Positions 1 to 13,139 of a stretch of DNA of 64,000 nucleotides are shown piece by piece; position 1 is the first letter of the stretch, and each line of letters opens with the position of its first letter. The DNA lies in NCBI RefSeq assembly GCF_009914755.1, contig NC_060944.1; one strand, written 5' to 3'. The notes beneath the pieces are model-generated. The model searched no databases, was not told the origin of the DNA, and saw nothing but the letters and a program-made list of their open reading frames with translations. The translations under genes and the position numbers were made by a program. The stretch is from the human T2T-CHM13v2.0 reference genome, Homo sapiens.

Positions 1-204
1 TGATGAGGAGAGACGTGTTAGGGGGACACAAGTAGCAAGACATGGAGGCATCGTGTCTCGGTCGGGCACACTAATGGGCTCAGCAAACCAACTGTGGCTC
101 TGGCGGCCAAGCGTCAGACACACACAGCCCAGAGGGCTCTGCCATGGCAATCCACCTCTTCTCATGAGACTTCACTCCTGGCTCCTACCTCCGTGCAAAG
201 CCCG
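1..204 (-). pseudogene. 5' end of an SRSF10 processed pseudogene (probably SRSF10P2); continues off the left edge
   Basis: Minus strand from ATG at 43 reads MSCYLCPPNTSLLI versus SRSF10 N-terminus MSRYLRPPNTSLFV. Upstream GCTGTGTGTGTCTGAC...GGTTTGCTGAGCCCATTAGTGTGCCCGACCGAGACACG matches the recalled SRSF10 5' UTR with CpG decay. An L1 endonuclease-type junction TT/AAAAGTAGGAAAAAAA lies at 205-222. Confidence 0.88.
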
Positions 205-473
205 TTTTTTTCCTACTTTTAATTATCTATATGTCTGATTTTCTTTTTCTAAAATAAAAGCAAATTATTTTGTAATAAGCAAAAAATATTGGCAATTGGT
301 ATAAGCAAATGTACAAAACAAGAAAGCAGATCAAGTAAAAGATATTACTTATAGATGCCTAATGGCAGCAATTATCCTTACTTTATCAAAGAACATGCCA
401 CTTACTACTAATTACAGTAACAATACATTTTTACCATTTTTCCTATTAAAATAACATTAGAGGATCATAAACT

Positions 474-958
474 TGTGACTGGAATTGGTTCCTTCTGGTG
501 GGTTCTTGGTCTCACTGACTTCAAGAATGAAGCCGTGGACCCTCGCAGTGAGTGTTACAGTTCTTAAAGATGGTGTGTCCGGAGTTTGTTCCTTCAGATG
601 TTCAGATGTGTCTGGAGTTTCTTCCTTCCGGTGGGTTTGTGGTCTCACTTGACTTCAGGAGTGAAGCCATAGACCTTCATGGTGAGTGTTATAGCTCATA
701 AAGGTAGTGAGGACCCAAAGAGTGAGCAGCAGCAAGATTTATTTTGAAGAGCGAAAGACAAAGCTTCCACAGCATGGAAGGGGACCTGCGCAGGTTGCTG
801 CTGCTAGCTCAGGTGGCCAGCTTTTATTTCCTTATTTGGCCCTGCCAACATCCTGCTGATTGGTCCATTTTACAGAGTGCTGATTGGTGCTTTTTTACAT
901 AGTGCTGATTGGTGCATTTACAAACCTTTAGCTAGACACAGAGCACTGATTGGTGTAT
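474..958 (-). mobile_element. 3' LTR12, truncated within the U3 repeats
   Basis: Colinear with 1821-2435; retains 4 CCAAT repeats and the AATAAAA box (822-828). Confidence 0.88.
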
Positions 959-1799
959 TGGGACTTTACCCCTGTCCTATAAAGATGTTATGCCCCAAAA
1001 ACGAAGTGGAGGGCCATTCCCTGAGGGAGGGAAGGGAACTCCAGAGTTGGAAGAGTGATGCCTTTTGTCCTCACTTATATGAATAGGAAGGATACATTGT
1101 CTGATGCTCCCCATATCCTACGTTCCGGAATAGCTTTTGTCAGGCCTGCTTGTCTGAGGAGGGTTCCTAAAATTCCAGGTAGTCCCCCCTACGGTTGGGC
1201 TTTGGGCAAAAATTATGTCTTTTTGATTGGTGAGCCTGGGTGCCTAAAGAAAGGGATAGAGTCCTGAAGTTTATACTAGAAGTCATTCTTGCAAGAGAAA
1301 CTAGAAAAGCACCAGAGACAGGGAGTGGTTTTTAGAAGCGGGACTAGCCTCGGAGAAGAGAGGCGAGAGGAAGTTTGTCTGGCAGGCATCAGGACCCAGG
1401 AGGCAAGGGTCAGGATAGATAGGATAGATGGGAGAGTCTCGCTTGGGCGACATGACTTTGAGAGTTCTGCTCAGGGCCACAGGGTCAACCAACTTGTTGT
1501 TGGGACTCTGGAGCTGAATGGCTTTCCTCTCTGTCGAACCTCAGCTCAGCCCAGAAGTACAGGAAAAGCAGAAGCTGGTTCCTGGCAAACCAACGCTCCC
1601 AACTCCGAAGAGTAGGGGGTCGTTAGAGAGCCCTTTCCCAGAAAACCTGACTCCTGTGTATTTAGTCCGGCGGCTGCGCTGGTCACTTTTAACTGGCTGA
1701 CAGGTGCCAGGTATTTAGCCCCCAAATTCTAAGGAAAAATAGGACAGAATAGCAAGTGAAAGGGGTCTGATGGTGCTCACTGCTTGGCGATAGTTGATA
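959..1799 (-). mobile_element. HERV9 internal leader (pre-gag) remnant
   Basis: Lies between the PBS and the deletion junction; no gag/pol/env ORF is present. Confidence 0.75.
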
Positions 1800-1817
1800 G
1801 TCCCTTCATGGTCGCCA
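1800..1817 (-). promoter_or_regulatory. Retroviral primer-binding site, tRNA-Arg type
   Basis: TGGCGACCATGAAGGGAC starts 3 nt after the 5' LTR and is complementary to a tRNA-Arg 3' end with one CpG-type mismatch; HERV9 uses tRNA-Arg. Confidence 0.85.
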
Positions 1818-1820
1818 AAA

Positions 1821-2577
1821 TGTGTCCAGAATTGGTTCCTACCAGTGGGTTATTGGTCTCACTGACTTCAAGAATGAAGCTGCAGACCCTCACGGTGAGC
1901 ATTACAGTTCTTAAAGATGGTGTGTCCAGAGTTTGTTCCTTCAGATATTCAGATGTGTCCAGAGTTGCTTCCTTCTGGTGGGTTTGTGGTCTTGCTTGGA
2001 TTTCAGGAGTGAAGCCACAGATATTTGCAGTGAATGCTACAGCTCTTAAAGGTGGCGCATCCAGAGTAGTTTTTTCCTCCCAGTGGGTTCATGGTCTCAC
2101 TGACATCAGGAGTGAAGCCTCAGACTTTTGCAGTGAATGTTACACCTCATAAAGTTAGTGCGGACCCAAAGAGTGAGCAGCAGCAAGATTTATTGTGAAG
2201 AGCAAAAGAACAAAGCTTCCACAGCATGGAAGGGGACCTGAGCTGTTTGCTGCTGATGGCTCGGGTGGCCAGCTTTTATTCCCTTATTTGGCCCCGCCCA
2301 CATCCTGCTGATTGGTCCATTTTACAGAGTGCTGATTGGTCCATTTTAAAGAGTGCTGATTGGCCCATTTTTACAGATTGCTGATTGGTGAGTTTACAAA
2401 CCTTTAGCTAGACACAGAGCGCTGATTGGTGCATTTTTACAGAGTGCCGATTGGTGCATTTACAATCCTTTAGCTAGACACAGAACACTGATTGGTGCGT
2501 TTACAATCCTTTAGCTAGACAGAAAAGTTCTCCAAGTCCCCACTCGACCCAGGAAGTCCAGCTGGCTTCATCTCTCA
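1821..2577 (-). mobile_element. 5' LTR, LTR12 family (LTR12/LTR12F-like), complete
   Basis: Starts TGAGAGATGAAGCCAGCTGGACTTCCTGGG and ends GGACACA; 7 CCAAT-containing repeats at ~2308-2496; AATAAAA box at ~2274-2280. Confidence 0.9.
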
Positions 2578-3365
2578 AACTAGCACTATTTCACATCCAT
2601 TTTAAGTAAAATTTAGGTTGCAATATTTAGTTTATCTCCAGTTTTTCTTAGATGTTCTACATCTCTTGAACAAGGTAGAGAACAAAAAAAGGTGCCAGGA
2701 ATTTCTATTACCTTTTTTCTATACCCTAATTTTGAGCGTTTGTGCTGATTAAATACAAAAAATATAAATATTAGTGATTAAGTAAACCTAATAAATTCAC
2801 TTGATTCAAACATAATAATTGATTTTAATAGTTATCATTGTTTTCATTATCATTATCACACCATCATAAGTAAGTGACAACACTAAAATATTAGAAATTA
2901 TAAGCAGATTATGTTGGTGGTAGATTATGTAGAATTCTTCCTGAGCATATCTTATAGTAGTATCTAGTCACTTTTTATAAGATGAGCAAAAGAAATAAGA
3001 TGGCAGCTGGCAGGGAAAAAAATGTTTTTGAAAACACCTCATCAAGTACCTACCACAGAGATAATTGTGCTTTGACAATATCTTAAAGTTCCTCTCAAAT
3101 TCTAGTACAAAAGTTTTTGTTACAGAGCCTGAATTCAGTTACATCTTGGATGTACACAATACTATGTGATCTGTTTCTTTGTTGTTTGTCATCTATCACT
3201 CCAAATGACACATATTTGGTGGTAAAATAGGAAGACTTTTAATTCATTATTCCAGAGATAAACTGTTCCCCTTACTGAGTTTTCCACTTCTCAGTTCATA
3301 ACTTTACAACCTAGAGCAGAATATTTTTGTCATGTCTATAACCTTCCCCAAAAATGTATAGAATT

Positions 3366-3530
3366 ATCCTATCAATATGGTAGCCATAATTTCAAATTAA
3401 ATAAAATTAAAATTTCAGTTTAGCAATTGCACTAGCCAGATTTCCAGTGCTCAATTGCCAACTATAGCTAGCAGCTACCATAACTGGGAGAACAGTTTTA
3501 TAATTCAGCGAGTTCTATTGGATAGTGCTG
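3366..3530 (-). mobile_element. MER3-like hAT-Charlie MITE
   Basis: caatatggtagcca...cactagccagatttccagtgctcaattgcca...agttctattggatagtgctg. Confidence 0.65.
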
Positions 3531-3777
3531 AATCGTATATCAAATGCTGTCCAGTTACTTGTTAAAACCTAATTTAAAGCTAAGATTTTAATAACAGTGT
3601 AGTTTTGTCATAACATTTAATATTTGGCTTACAAGGTAGCTGATGTAATTTAAGATAGAATTAAATGCAATTGTTGCTAAAATATTCCACTCTGTTGCCA
3701 CACTCTAGAAGTTATCTACAAATATACTCACAAACAGGCTGCTTTACTGGGTAACCAGGGTTTGAATTAGCCCTGCA

Positions 3778-4272
3778 GCATTATTTATTGCTGTGTAAGG
3801 AATCATTCCAAAATTTAATAGTATGAAAAGGCAATAGTCATTAATTATCTCCTATGATCTCTATAGGCCAAGAGTTCAGGAGCAGCTAAACTGAGCAGTT
3901 GTGGCTCAGAATCTCTCATGAGGTTGCAGTCAGATGCCAGCTGGGGCTTAGCCATCTGAAGACTCAGTGGTGCTGGATGATCCATTTCTAAGGTGGCTCA
4001 CACAAATGGCAAATTGGCTCCTCTCCATGGGACTTCTTGAGTGTTTTCACAACATGACTAGCTTCTGGAAGAGCTAGTAATCCCAAATACTAAAGCAAAA
4101 GCTGATATACCTTCTATGACCTAGCTTTGGATGTCTCATACCATCACTTCTACCATATTCTATTGGTCACACAGGTCAGCCCCAAGTGATTCAGTGTGGT
4201 GAGAAGCACACAAGGACATGAGTATCAGGGCACAATTGTCAATGGAGGCCACCTTGGAGGCCAACTACTACC
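3778..4272 (-). mobile_element. MLT1-family (MaLR) LTR
   Basis: attgctgtgtaa...tctctcatgaggttgcagtcagatg...catcacttctaccatattctattggtcacaca motifs. Confidence 0.7.
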
Positions 4273-4549
4273 CTACACTCAGCCCACAGTGTTTCTTGCT
4301 AGAGTATAGGGGTTAAGCACAAAGAGTGAAAGACATTACCAAGGAATTTAGTCACACTGTCTCGTGCCTGAACATAGATTTGTCTAGTGATTCCCCAAAG
4401 GAAGCTCCATGTTTCATTCACCCTTTGAGCTTTCCTCAAATGATCAAGATACTGGAACACTTCCTGCTCACCAGCCTTCCCCACATGAAACACATTTACC
4501 ACATAAGGACAGGAAACTTTACAAAATCAGATCTTTAATTGTTTTGACC

Positions 4550-4712
4550 TTAGCTGCAAAATGGAATGTCTTGGAGGTCTTTTTTAAAAAATTACTGATA
4601 CCTAGGTCTCACCAGAGATTGTAATATAATTTGTCTGCATGCAATCCAAGAATTAGAAATCTGAAAAAGACCCCCAGGTGATTCCAATGTTCGGTGACAA
4701 TTGAGAACCACC
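4550..4712. mobile_element. MER5A-like MITE
   Basis: ccccaggtgattccaatg...ttgagaaccac terminus. Confidence 0.6.
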
Positions 4713-5447
4713 AATTAGAGGAAGACCCTTCTGAATGTTCTTTTCTGTGACTCCTCTCCTTCTTTAAGTGTTTCATCATACTTCACAGCCCTTAGTTTCC
4801 AAATTCTGGCTCTTGTTTTTCAACACAATCCCTGAGAAAACTCTTTACTTCCCACAAAAGTTGGAGAATATCTTGGTCATTTTCAGCATCTAGTTACCTC
4901 CATTAACCCAAGATGCAGCTCATCTTTACAGAATCCCAAGGGGCAAAAACTGGTTCTAGTTTTAAGACCAGAGAAGAAAATAGAATGTTTGAATCCACTT
5001 CAGGCCTTGACTGTAGGATGCTGCAAATAATTTTCTCACTATTTACCTAAGAAATAACCACACCTTATCAAAAGGAAAATTAATATTTACCTGAAACAAC
5101 ACAGTTCTATCTAACATAAGAAAACAAGTTCCTCCTGTTAACAAGACCTTAACCCTGCTCCTTGTGAAATAATAAATAAATCACCTCAGCATGATGATGT
5201 TAAGGCACATCTGATCCTTTCAAGATCTGGCTTATTTTGCAAGAGAAACAACAGTAGTAGAAAAAGACTTCTATTTTAGCCATCTGGACTAGTGCTAGCA
5301 GTTCTATCTATGTGGTTTCAGACCTTCATAATCTTTGCTCTTATAAACAGAAGAGAGGTGTCTCACTTTATTACACCACATCATCAAACAGAGACACTCC
5401 ATATGTCTATCTTCATAGGTATTTTCGGAAAAAAAAGATCTAGATAT

Positions 5448-5602
5448 CAGCAATTCTCACAATTTTAGCTTGCATATGAATTACCTGGGATCTTGTTAAA
5501 ATGCAAATTCTGAGTCATGAGTGGGAACCGAATTCTGCATTTTTAACAAGCTCTGGGAGACATCACGTTGCCAGTTCACAGACCACACTCTGAGTATCAA
5601 GG
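5448..5602. mobile_element. MER5-family MITE
   Basis: gaattacctgggatcttgttaaaatgcaaattctg...ctgcatttttaacaagctc. Confidence 0.65.
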
Positions 5603-7349
5603 ATCTAGATACTATAGATAAATAAGAATAATAACTACAAAGCACTTTTCATTTCTTCCCTTTGATCTCATGCTTGTCCACAGAATTAAAATGGTTTTAT
5701 CTCACCTCTCCTCCCACTTTTTTATTCACAAAATCTATAATATTTAGAGAATTCTATTATTCTTATACTTTTCCTCTTTTTTTATTATGGCAAAACGTCT
5801 TCTGAACTTCTTTGTGTTATAAGAGTACAGATGAGTTTGTGAAAGAAAGACTGATAGGAAACAAATCCAAGATCCCACAAAAAGGAATTAAATCTTCTTT
5901 ACCAACCAGACTAAATATTTCACAAATATGTGTTCTTCTAGAATTGCTATCACAAAACATATAGAACATAATACTTACAAAATGATTCATGCCTGGGAGT
6001 ATTATGGTTACATGATAGTCGGTAGTTTACTGGCTGTATTGCTTTATTTTATTTTAGTAGCCAATCTATTATTCAGGTCTTTAGGACACAGGAAAAAAAA
6101 TATGCTCATTAGAAACATAGTACCTCCTAGCTTTGGGGCGAGGAATCTATATGTAGTCTAATTAGCTATAAGAGATAGAAATTATGTTCATTGTTCTACT
6201 ATTTCTTTGAAGCATTCTTTGTCATTATGATCCTGGGCCATTCCAGTGGATTATCTTCAACGATAAAACCAACTAAAATATCTTCTGGACCTTCTTTGTA
6301 CATTAATACCAGTTCAAGAAATTACTGAAATATTTTGAATAGTAAATTATTGAGTTAATTACAAGACAGTGAATAAAATTGACACCTTTCTTTTGTCTTT
6401 TATAATTATAAAAAAAAGTCTACTGAAAGAAAGAGCAGAACAAAACATTGAAAACAACTGAAAAGACACAAAATGTGTCTTTGTAATCTTGGCTACTTAC
6501 TACAACCAGGTTAAGCTTTTTAAAAATCCACTTTTATTCCAAAATTATTTTAACTATAAAAAGTCACCAAACAAATATGACTCAGTATTTAACAAATTAT
6601 ATCATTCTTAGAACTGTTAGGTTAAAGTTACTCCAAAATATTTCCAATTAAAGTTTCTGTAATTGATTTACATTTGAGCACATAGAGAAAAATTTACTCC
6701 CAAATTGCTATAAAAGTAGTTCGGTACCCAATGTATCACCCTGGAGAAAAAAAAAAATGACTGTTTCTTTTGCCTCCATGGTATCAGGCAGTCTAATCCT
6801 ACAATATTTCCAAACCTCACCCATCCCAGAATAAATAAATGTATGAGATGACATTGCAAATTGGACGCCCAATGTTCACAAAAGCTGACTCTTTCATAAG
6901 AGTCACCCTTACCACAATCTTTACCTTGGAAATTACATCTGAAGTGGCTGGATCAATCCCTTCAAGCAGCATATGTTGAAATTTTAGTCTAACTCCATAG
7001 TAACTATAGCAATGTTTATTTCATTACAAACTATAATAATGAACATAAAGAACTTTGGACATAAATATTTGGTAACAATAGTGAAATTTCCTAAATCTGG
7101 TGACTATTGTTCTATTGGCCCCTGGAAGGCCATGAAGAAATACAAAGAACAAGTAACGACATTCTCAGACTCCAGAATTGAAAAATGGCTTAATGGGATT
7201 CTTCCCGTTTGCCTAGAAGTTAGAAGATGTGGAATCTTGTCCCACTTTGTCACTGACCATTCTTTTGAATTTGAGCAACACAATCAACATAAATGAGCCT
7301 TAGTTAATGTATTTATGAAATAAGAAATGGTTAGTTTCAATATATCTGA

Positions 7350-7689
<340 letters not shown>

Positions 7690-10268
7690 ATTTAATTGTA
7701 TTTTAAAGCAAAATTATATTGTGTGCCTTACCCATTTCCCCTTCTCCAATGATCTCATTCTTGATCTGAAGCTTTTTGGAAAATTTCAGCCAGTAACTCT
7801 GAATTATTAATTATACTCCTGGCCTTTTCTAGACAAGGGAATATACAATAGCCTACAAATGTGGTAAACAAATTATTAGTCAACAGATATTTACTGAGAA
7901 ACTACTAGAGACAAAGTACTATATAAAACTAATTAGTATTAGAGCCTCACTGGAACCAACTATGGGGCATAACTGGTAATATTATTAAACAGTGAAGCTC
8001 CCAGGTAATGGATTAGAGTAGAGATACATACCTTAAAGAGGCAGGAGACTCTCCATCTAAGCCTGGATAGTTCCCAGAGGGACAGTGTTAGCATACTTGA
8101 GAAAGAAATGCATTTGATAGAAACAGCATTGATCAGCCTTGGAAGCATAGAGATATAACCTTGAGAACCTGTCTAGCACAATTTAGATCCACTGGTACCC
8201 CTATTGAAGAGTCCTCAAGGATGAAAGAGATATAACTATCAGGCTAAATTGTAACTGGAATTTAGTTCTTCCAACTAATTCCACTTTCATGGTATCCATG
8301 CCCACTAAACTACCATCTGATTCTAATTTGACATCCCACATATCTGTCACTGTTAAGCATGGAAAATACGATTTCCCTCGAATAAAAATAATAGATTTTT
8401 CTGACTGGGATTAGCAGCTCTTGGTGCACTGATAAATCTGTATTCTGAGCTTCTTGAAATGTTGGCAGGAAGAAGGGGCTGTCTATAATGAACTTCGTAT
8501 AATAATGCCAGACTTTCCCAAGGAAACCACACATCATAACAGGGCTTCTTTCCCCTTAAACTTCAACACATTTATTTATTCTTTATCTCTGTTCTCTCTT
8601 ATTTCTTCTTATTCTTATCCTCTTCCCTCTCCTTCAATTTGCCCCAACAAAGATAATGAACTGACGTGGGCTTGGGTTTTAAAAATATTTGGGATTAGAC
8701 AGATGTTAGAAGAAGGCATTTCAAAGAGAGGGGCAATTAAATTGGGTTGGGGGATTAAGGAGACCAGCCTCAGGCAGTTTAAGGAGTGATGCTAAGTGAG
8801 GTGAGACTAGAAGCTTAAGTCATGTCCAGATCATAAAGATTTCCAAATGGCATTAAGGAATCTGGCCCCAGGCAGTTGACTATGAGAGTTTTTAGGATTT
8901 CTCGAAAAATAAAGACATAGACCAAAGTTGAATTTTAGGAAGATTAAGTATATTAAATACAATCATACATGAAGGAGTATGTGTGTAGTATTAACTATAA
9001 ACTATACTTAACACAAAAGTACATAGGTCAGTACTTTCAACTTCAATCAAAGAGATTACACATTCCTCTTTAGTGAATGGAGGTAAGGAACTTGTAGAAA
9101 ATGACTAATGTTTACTCACAAGGAGACAACTGGAAGGAGCTGGAGGGATGTGGGTATGTACATGAGTAATGGAAGGAGGAAAGAAAAGAAAGAATAGAGA
9201 TTTCTATAATTCATCCAGTACCTTTCCTCAGGGGTAGAGTTTGGCTTTCAAATGACCAGCAAGTCAACATTGGCAGCAGCTCAGCCACCAGAGCAATATC
9301 CAGGAAGCTACTGGAATCACAGAGGATTTTGAAACACATGTGTCTGGATTTCAGTGTTATTCCTGAATAAGTCTGTAGTCTTCCCTCAACACCTCCTTCT
9401 GTGAGAAATGGAAACTCGGGCAACACAAGGCAAGGAGGGACAACTGGACACACCAGCTGAATCATAACATCTGGTGAAGACTTCTCTGCTATCACAGAAT
9501 CTGAGAGATGGCTAATACTCAGACCAGCTCCCAAGAGTAGCTTTTCCTGCAGGAGGGTGCAACAGCCTCAGGATTTCAGCTCAGGGGGAAATATGTCTGT
9601 ATGAGTAGGAGAGAAATGGAGTTGTGTGTAAGCATATGTTTGTGGTTTTCGAAGCAGAGGACAAACACAAAATCACATAACCTCCTGGTCTGATGGGTTT
9701 CCCTGACTTGGATGTTTCAGTGATGCAGTTTGGCCCTAGAGCCTTCATCTGAGCTAAGGTTCCCTCCCTCCCTTTTTGCTTCAGCTCAGTGTTTTGCTTG
9801 AATCTGAGTCATAAGCTCCTTAAGCTGGCAGGAAGCGGATAGTCGGGCTGGCAGCTTGCTCTCCCCCAAGCAGAGGGAGTGTCTTGGCTGACACCTAAGC
9901 AACCTTTTCCATCCCCAGACTCTGTAACAGAACCAATGAGCATTAGAAGAATGGAAGGCTGGGCTATACTCACAGAGTAGAAGAGAAAAACCATCCTATA
10001 GAAATCCAATAGCTCAAGCCATGGTTTTAAAAAAAATGGCTTATGGAATTTCCTCAGCCACTCATGATGTCCTTACAATATTTTGTGTTTATCCCTCAAA
10101 GCTTGTCTATGTACACTCTCAACCTAGCTCCCACCCCAGCTCTACAGGTCTTTATTCTCCATCCAGTTTCTGAATGATTTTCCCCTCTAGCAAACTCCAT
10201 CCTTCCCTCTACTTCTCCTAAACCACAGCCACTCTAACAGCTAAGTTCATACTCTGAAAGCTTGCCCT

Positions 10269-10905
10269 GTAGGGACTTAGAGCAGAATACTACCAAGTAT
10301 GACATCTTGGCATGCTGAGTACTTTGAAATGGAGGAGATAGGAAAGGCCTCTGCAACAAGGTATCTCCAACCTTTTCCCTCTTTCTTCTGTCTTCTAAGA
10401 CATGTCATAGAAACCAGATTCCTCTCCCAAAGGTGGGTCATAGAAATTAGAACTCCTCTACCCCAAAGCAAACCATAAAACTTAGAAAGGCCACATTCTG
10501 ACTTACCTCCCTTGAAAGTAGGCCATAAGACCCTCATTCCAGAGGGTGCTGCCCCATATCCAGGGGGAAATAATGCTACACAGAGAGATCAGGAAGAATC
10601 TGAACAAACAGGTCTTGCTAGGGTCTCCTCTTTCCCCCAGTTTATTACCATTAGATCATACCTTTTTTGTCAAATCATGTTTCTCCACAACTATCCACTT
10701 CTTTCATTAGACTTAGCATAAAAACACACAGCTTTCCCTGGGTCTTCAGGTCTTCATTTCTGAAGGCTCCCATGTCATGTAAAACTTTGTTAAATAAATG
10801 TGTGATGTGTTTCTCTTGCTAACCTGTCTTTTGTAATAGGAGTGTTAGTCATGGCCTTTGTGATGGATGAGGGAAAGGTATATTTTTTTATCCTTTCGGC
10901 CCCCA
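10269..10905 (+). mobile_element. ERV1 solo LTR, MER39/MER34-family
   Basis: Begins tgtaggg...aagtatgacatcttggcatgctgagtacttt; contains aagaatctgaacaaacaggtcttgct and aataaa at ~10793. Confidence 0.65.
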
Positions 10906-13139
10906 TTCATGGGCAAAGTAATAAACTACAATCTGAAGGAATTAAGGAAAGGCCTCTCTCCTGCCCAGTTCCAGAAGTCCTGCTTTACTGCATGATGAAG
11001 AGTACAGATGTGATCAGAAAGGAAGGAAACACTGAGACATTATCACTCATTGATACTCCAGCTCCCATCAGTTGTCAAATTAACTTCAACAAAGATCAAG
11101 GGCACAAGCAAAGAAGGAATCAGATTTAGGGGAAGCAGAAAAACTAGGAGAGAAAAGTCTGGCATATGAAGCTTGTCATACCTAATGATACTACAATGTG
11201 GGTGACCTTGGAAGCTGTAGTTCAGGAAAAGGGAGGGTGGGGGTCTGAACACCTGGATGGAGAGAATCTGCCAAAAGAGCTAAGGGGTGTTGAAAAGTCA
11301 TGGCAGAATGTTGGCAGCAATCCTTACCTCCTTCATAGTTTTTCCTTCCACCAACCTGATTACTTAAGTTTAGGACTGAGACTTGGCAGGATTTTTGCAT
11401 GCAGACCCCAATAGAAAAAGTCTGTCTCACCCAAGACAATTCCAGCACTCTGTATGCTCCTTTCCCAACTCCTTCTGACTCCCTTGCAACATCCCACCAT
11501 CATGTGCCTTCCCCTGGCCCTGATCCCAGCCTACTCAGACCTCACTTCTGACATGGGGCAAGACTTCAAGCCCAGGGCCTCTGGCCTTTTTTCTACCTGA
11601 TGATTCTCTGCTTCTTCCTGTCTGCACCATTGCCTGATACCTTCTGATTGCTCAGACCAGAGCTCTACTGTCAATCAAGTGCTTGACCCCCAGAAGGCAG
11701 TCTTTGGCTTTCCAATTTAGGGAAAGTAAAAACAAAACAGAACAAAAAATATCCCTAAAATATTTGAAACAGGTTATGTTTGGAAAGTTAAAGCTGGTGA
11801 ATGCTGAATGTGTAAAATAACGTCTCCCACTATTCTAGAGAGAACTTTGCAAAGCAGCTATAGTTCCTATATTAGAAATATATGCAGTTTTGTTATGAAT
11901 TGAGCTCTTTCTTTTTACAGACACTGGCTCTTTGTTTATTTCAGATGTGAGCAGCTACACAGCTGCTCCCCCGTTCAATATTTGCAGCATATTAGTTATG
12001 AGAGATAACACTGAATTATTAATACAAATAATGTGTTAATACTGACCCACCTGTATGTGGAAAGGGCCTTGGAAAATAGTTTCTACGCTTATTTTAAAAT
12101 GATATTCAAACGAAATTTTCATAGGGGAGAAGAGGACACACATTCATAAGCACCAGGCTCAAGAAAGTCCATCTCTTTTTTTCAAATTTGTTTAGATGAG
12201 ATGTGCTCTTCACTCTTTCCCCACATGTCCATTCTGAACATTTGAATGCCAATCTCCTTGAAGACAGATTGATCTTAGAGGAATTCAAACAAACTAAGAT
12301 TTTGTGGCTTGGTGTTTGGGCATTGCAGACCTTATCTGACAGTCTGGGTTTAGAAATATAAGGAACAGAAGCAATCAATCAGAAAGCAAGAAACTTAATA
12401 ACAAACTGGTAGGAAACAGAAGTGACTGCAGGAAAACTTCATTCATTCAAAGAGTTGAAGAAAGACTAAAATGATGAAATGTGACTTACAGAAGAAAGAG
12501 TTAGGTGAGAATCTAAATCTAAATTCTTAAAATAATTCTGTCTCTAATGAGATATGTCACCTGAAGCAGAACTAAATGTTTTCTAAAGTCTCATAATATG
12601 ATATAATATCCCATGGATGATGTACTATTCTATGTTCCTTTCTGATTTCAGCCTCAGAGAGGTGATGCAGTCAAAGGGACATCGTTTATACAAAAATAAG
12701 ACTCCTCAAAATAAATTCTTTATTTGCATTTTTTGAAATTCTTGAAGAGAACAATCTCCAATAATACTTTAAAATTCCTCTTTACTTTTATCCACAGAAG
12801 ACATAGAAGAGTTTTCCAAGATACTTTCTTCAAAATAGCAAAAGAATATTTCCCTCTAACCCTCCTACCTTCCAGAAATTGACTCCTACTTACTTCTGGC
12901 CCTTCACTGCTTCACCACTTTATTATGACAATTGGTTGGCTGCTTTTTTTGCTAATCCTTTCCCCTCTCCTCTCACATCTCAGATCCCATCCTTCTATGG
13001 TCATGCTCTGGTTCTCCATCACAACTGCCAGAAGGACTGGACTGACCCTCCTCAGATGACAGAACTGAAGGGAGCCAAAGTCCTATTTGTCCTACAGTGG
13101 ATGTGAGAGACTGAACATGCATAGAGGAATGCTTTCCAT

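Larger units (their letters stand above)
474..2577 (-). mobile_element. Internally deleted HERV9 provirus (5' LTR12 - PBS - leader - partial 3' LTR12)
   Basis: Two homologous LTR12-type copies with TG...CA termini; 4-bp TSD AACT at 470-473 and 2578-2581; PBS adjacent to one LTR. Confidence 0.9.

Noticed and set aside
457-2152. ORFs in the HERV9 element as gag/env
   Set aside because: They lie in the LTRs and leader, mostly antisense, with no retroviral protein motifs.
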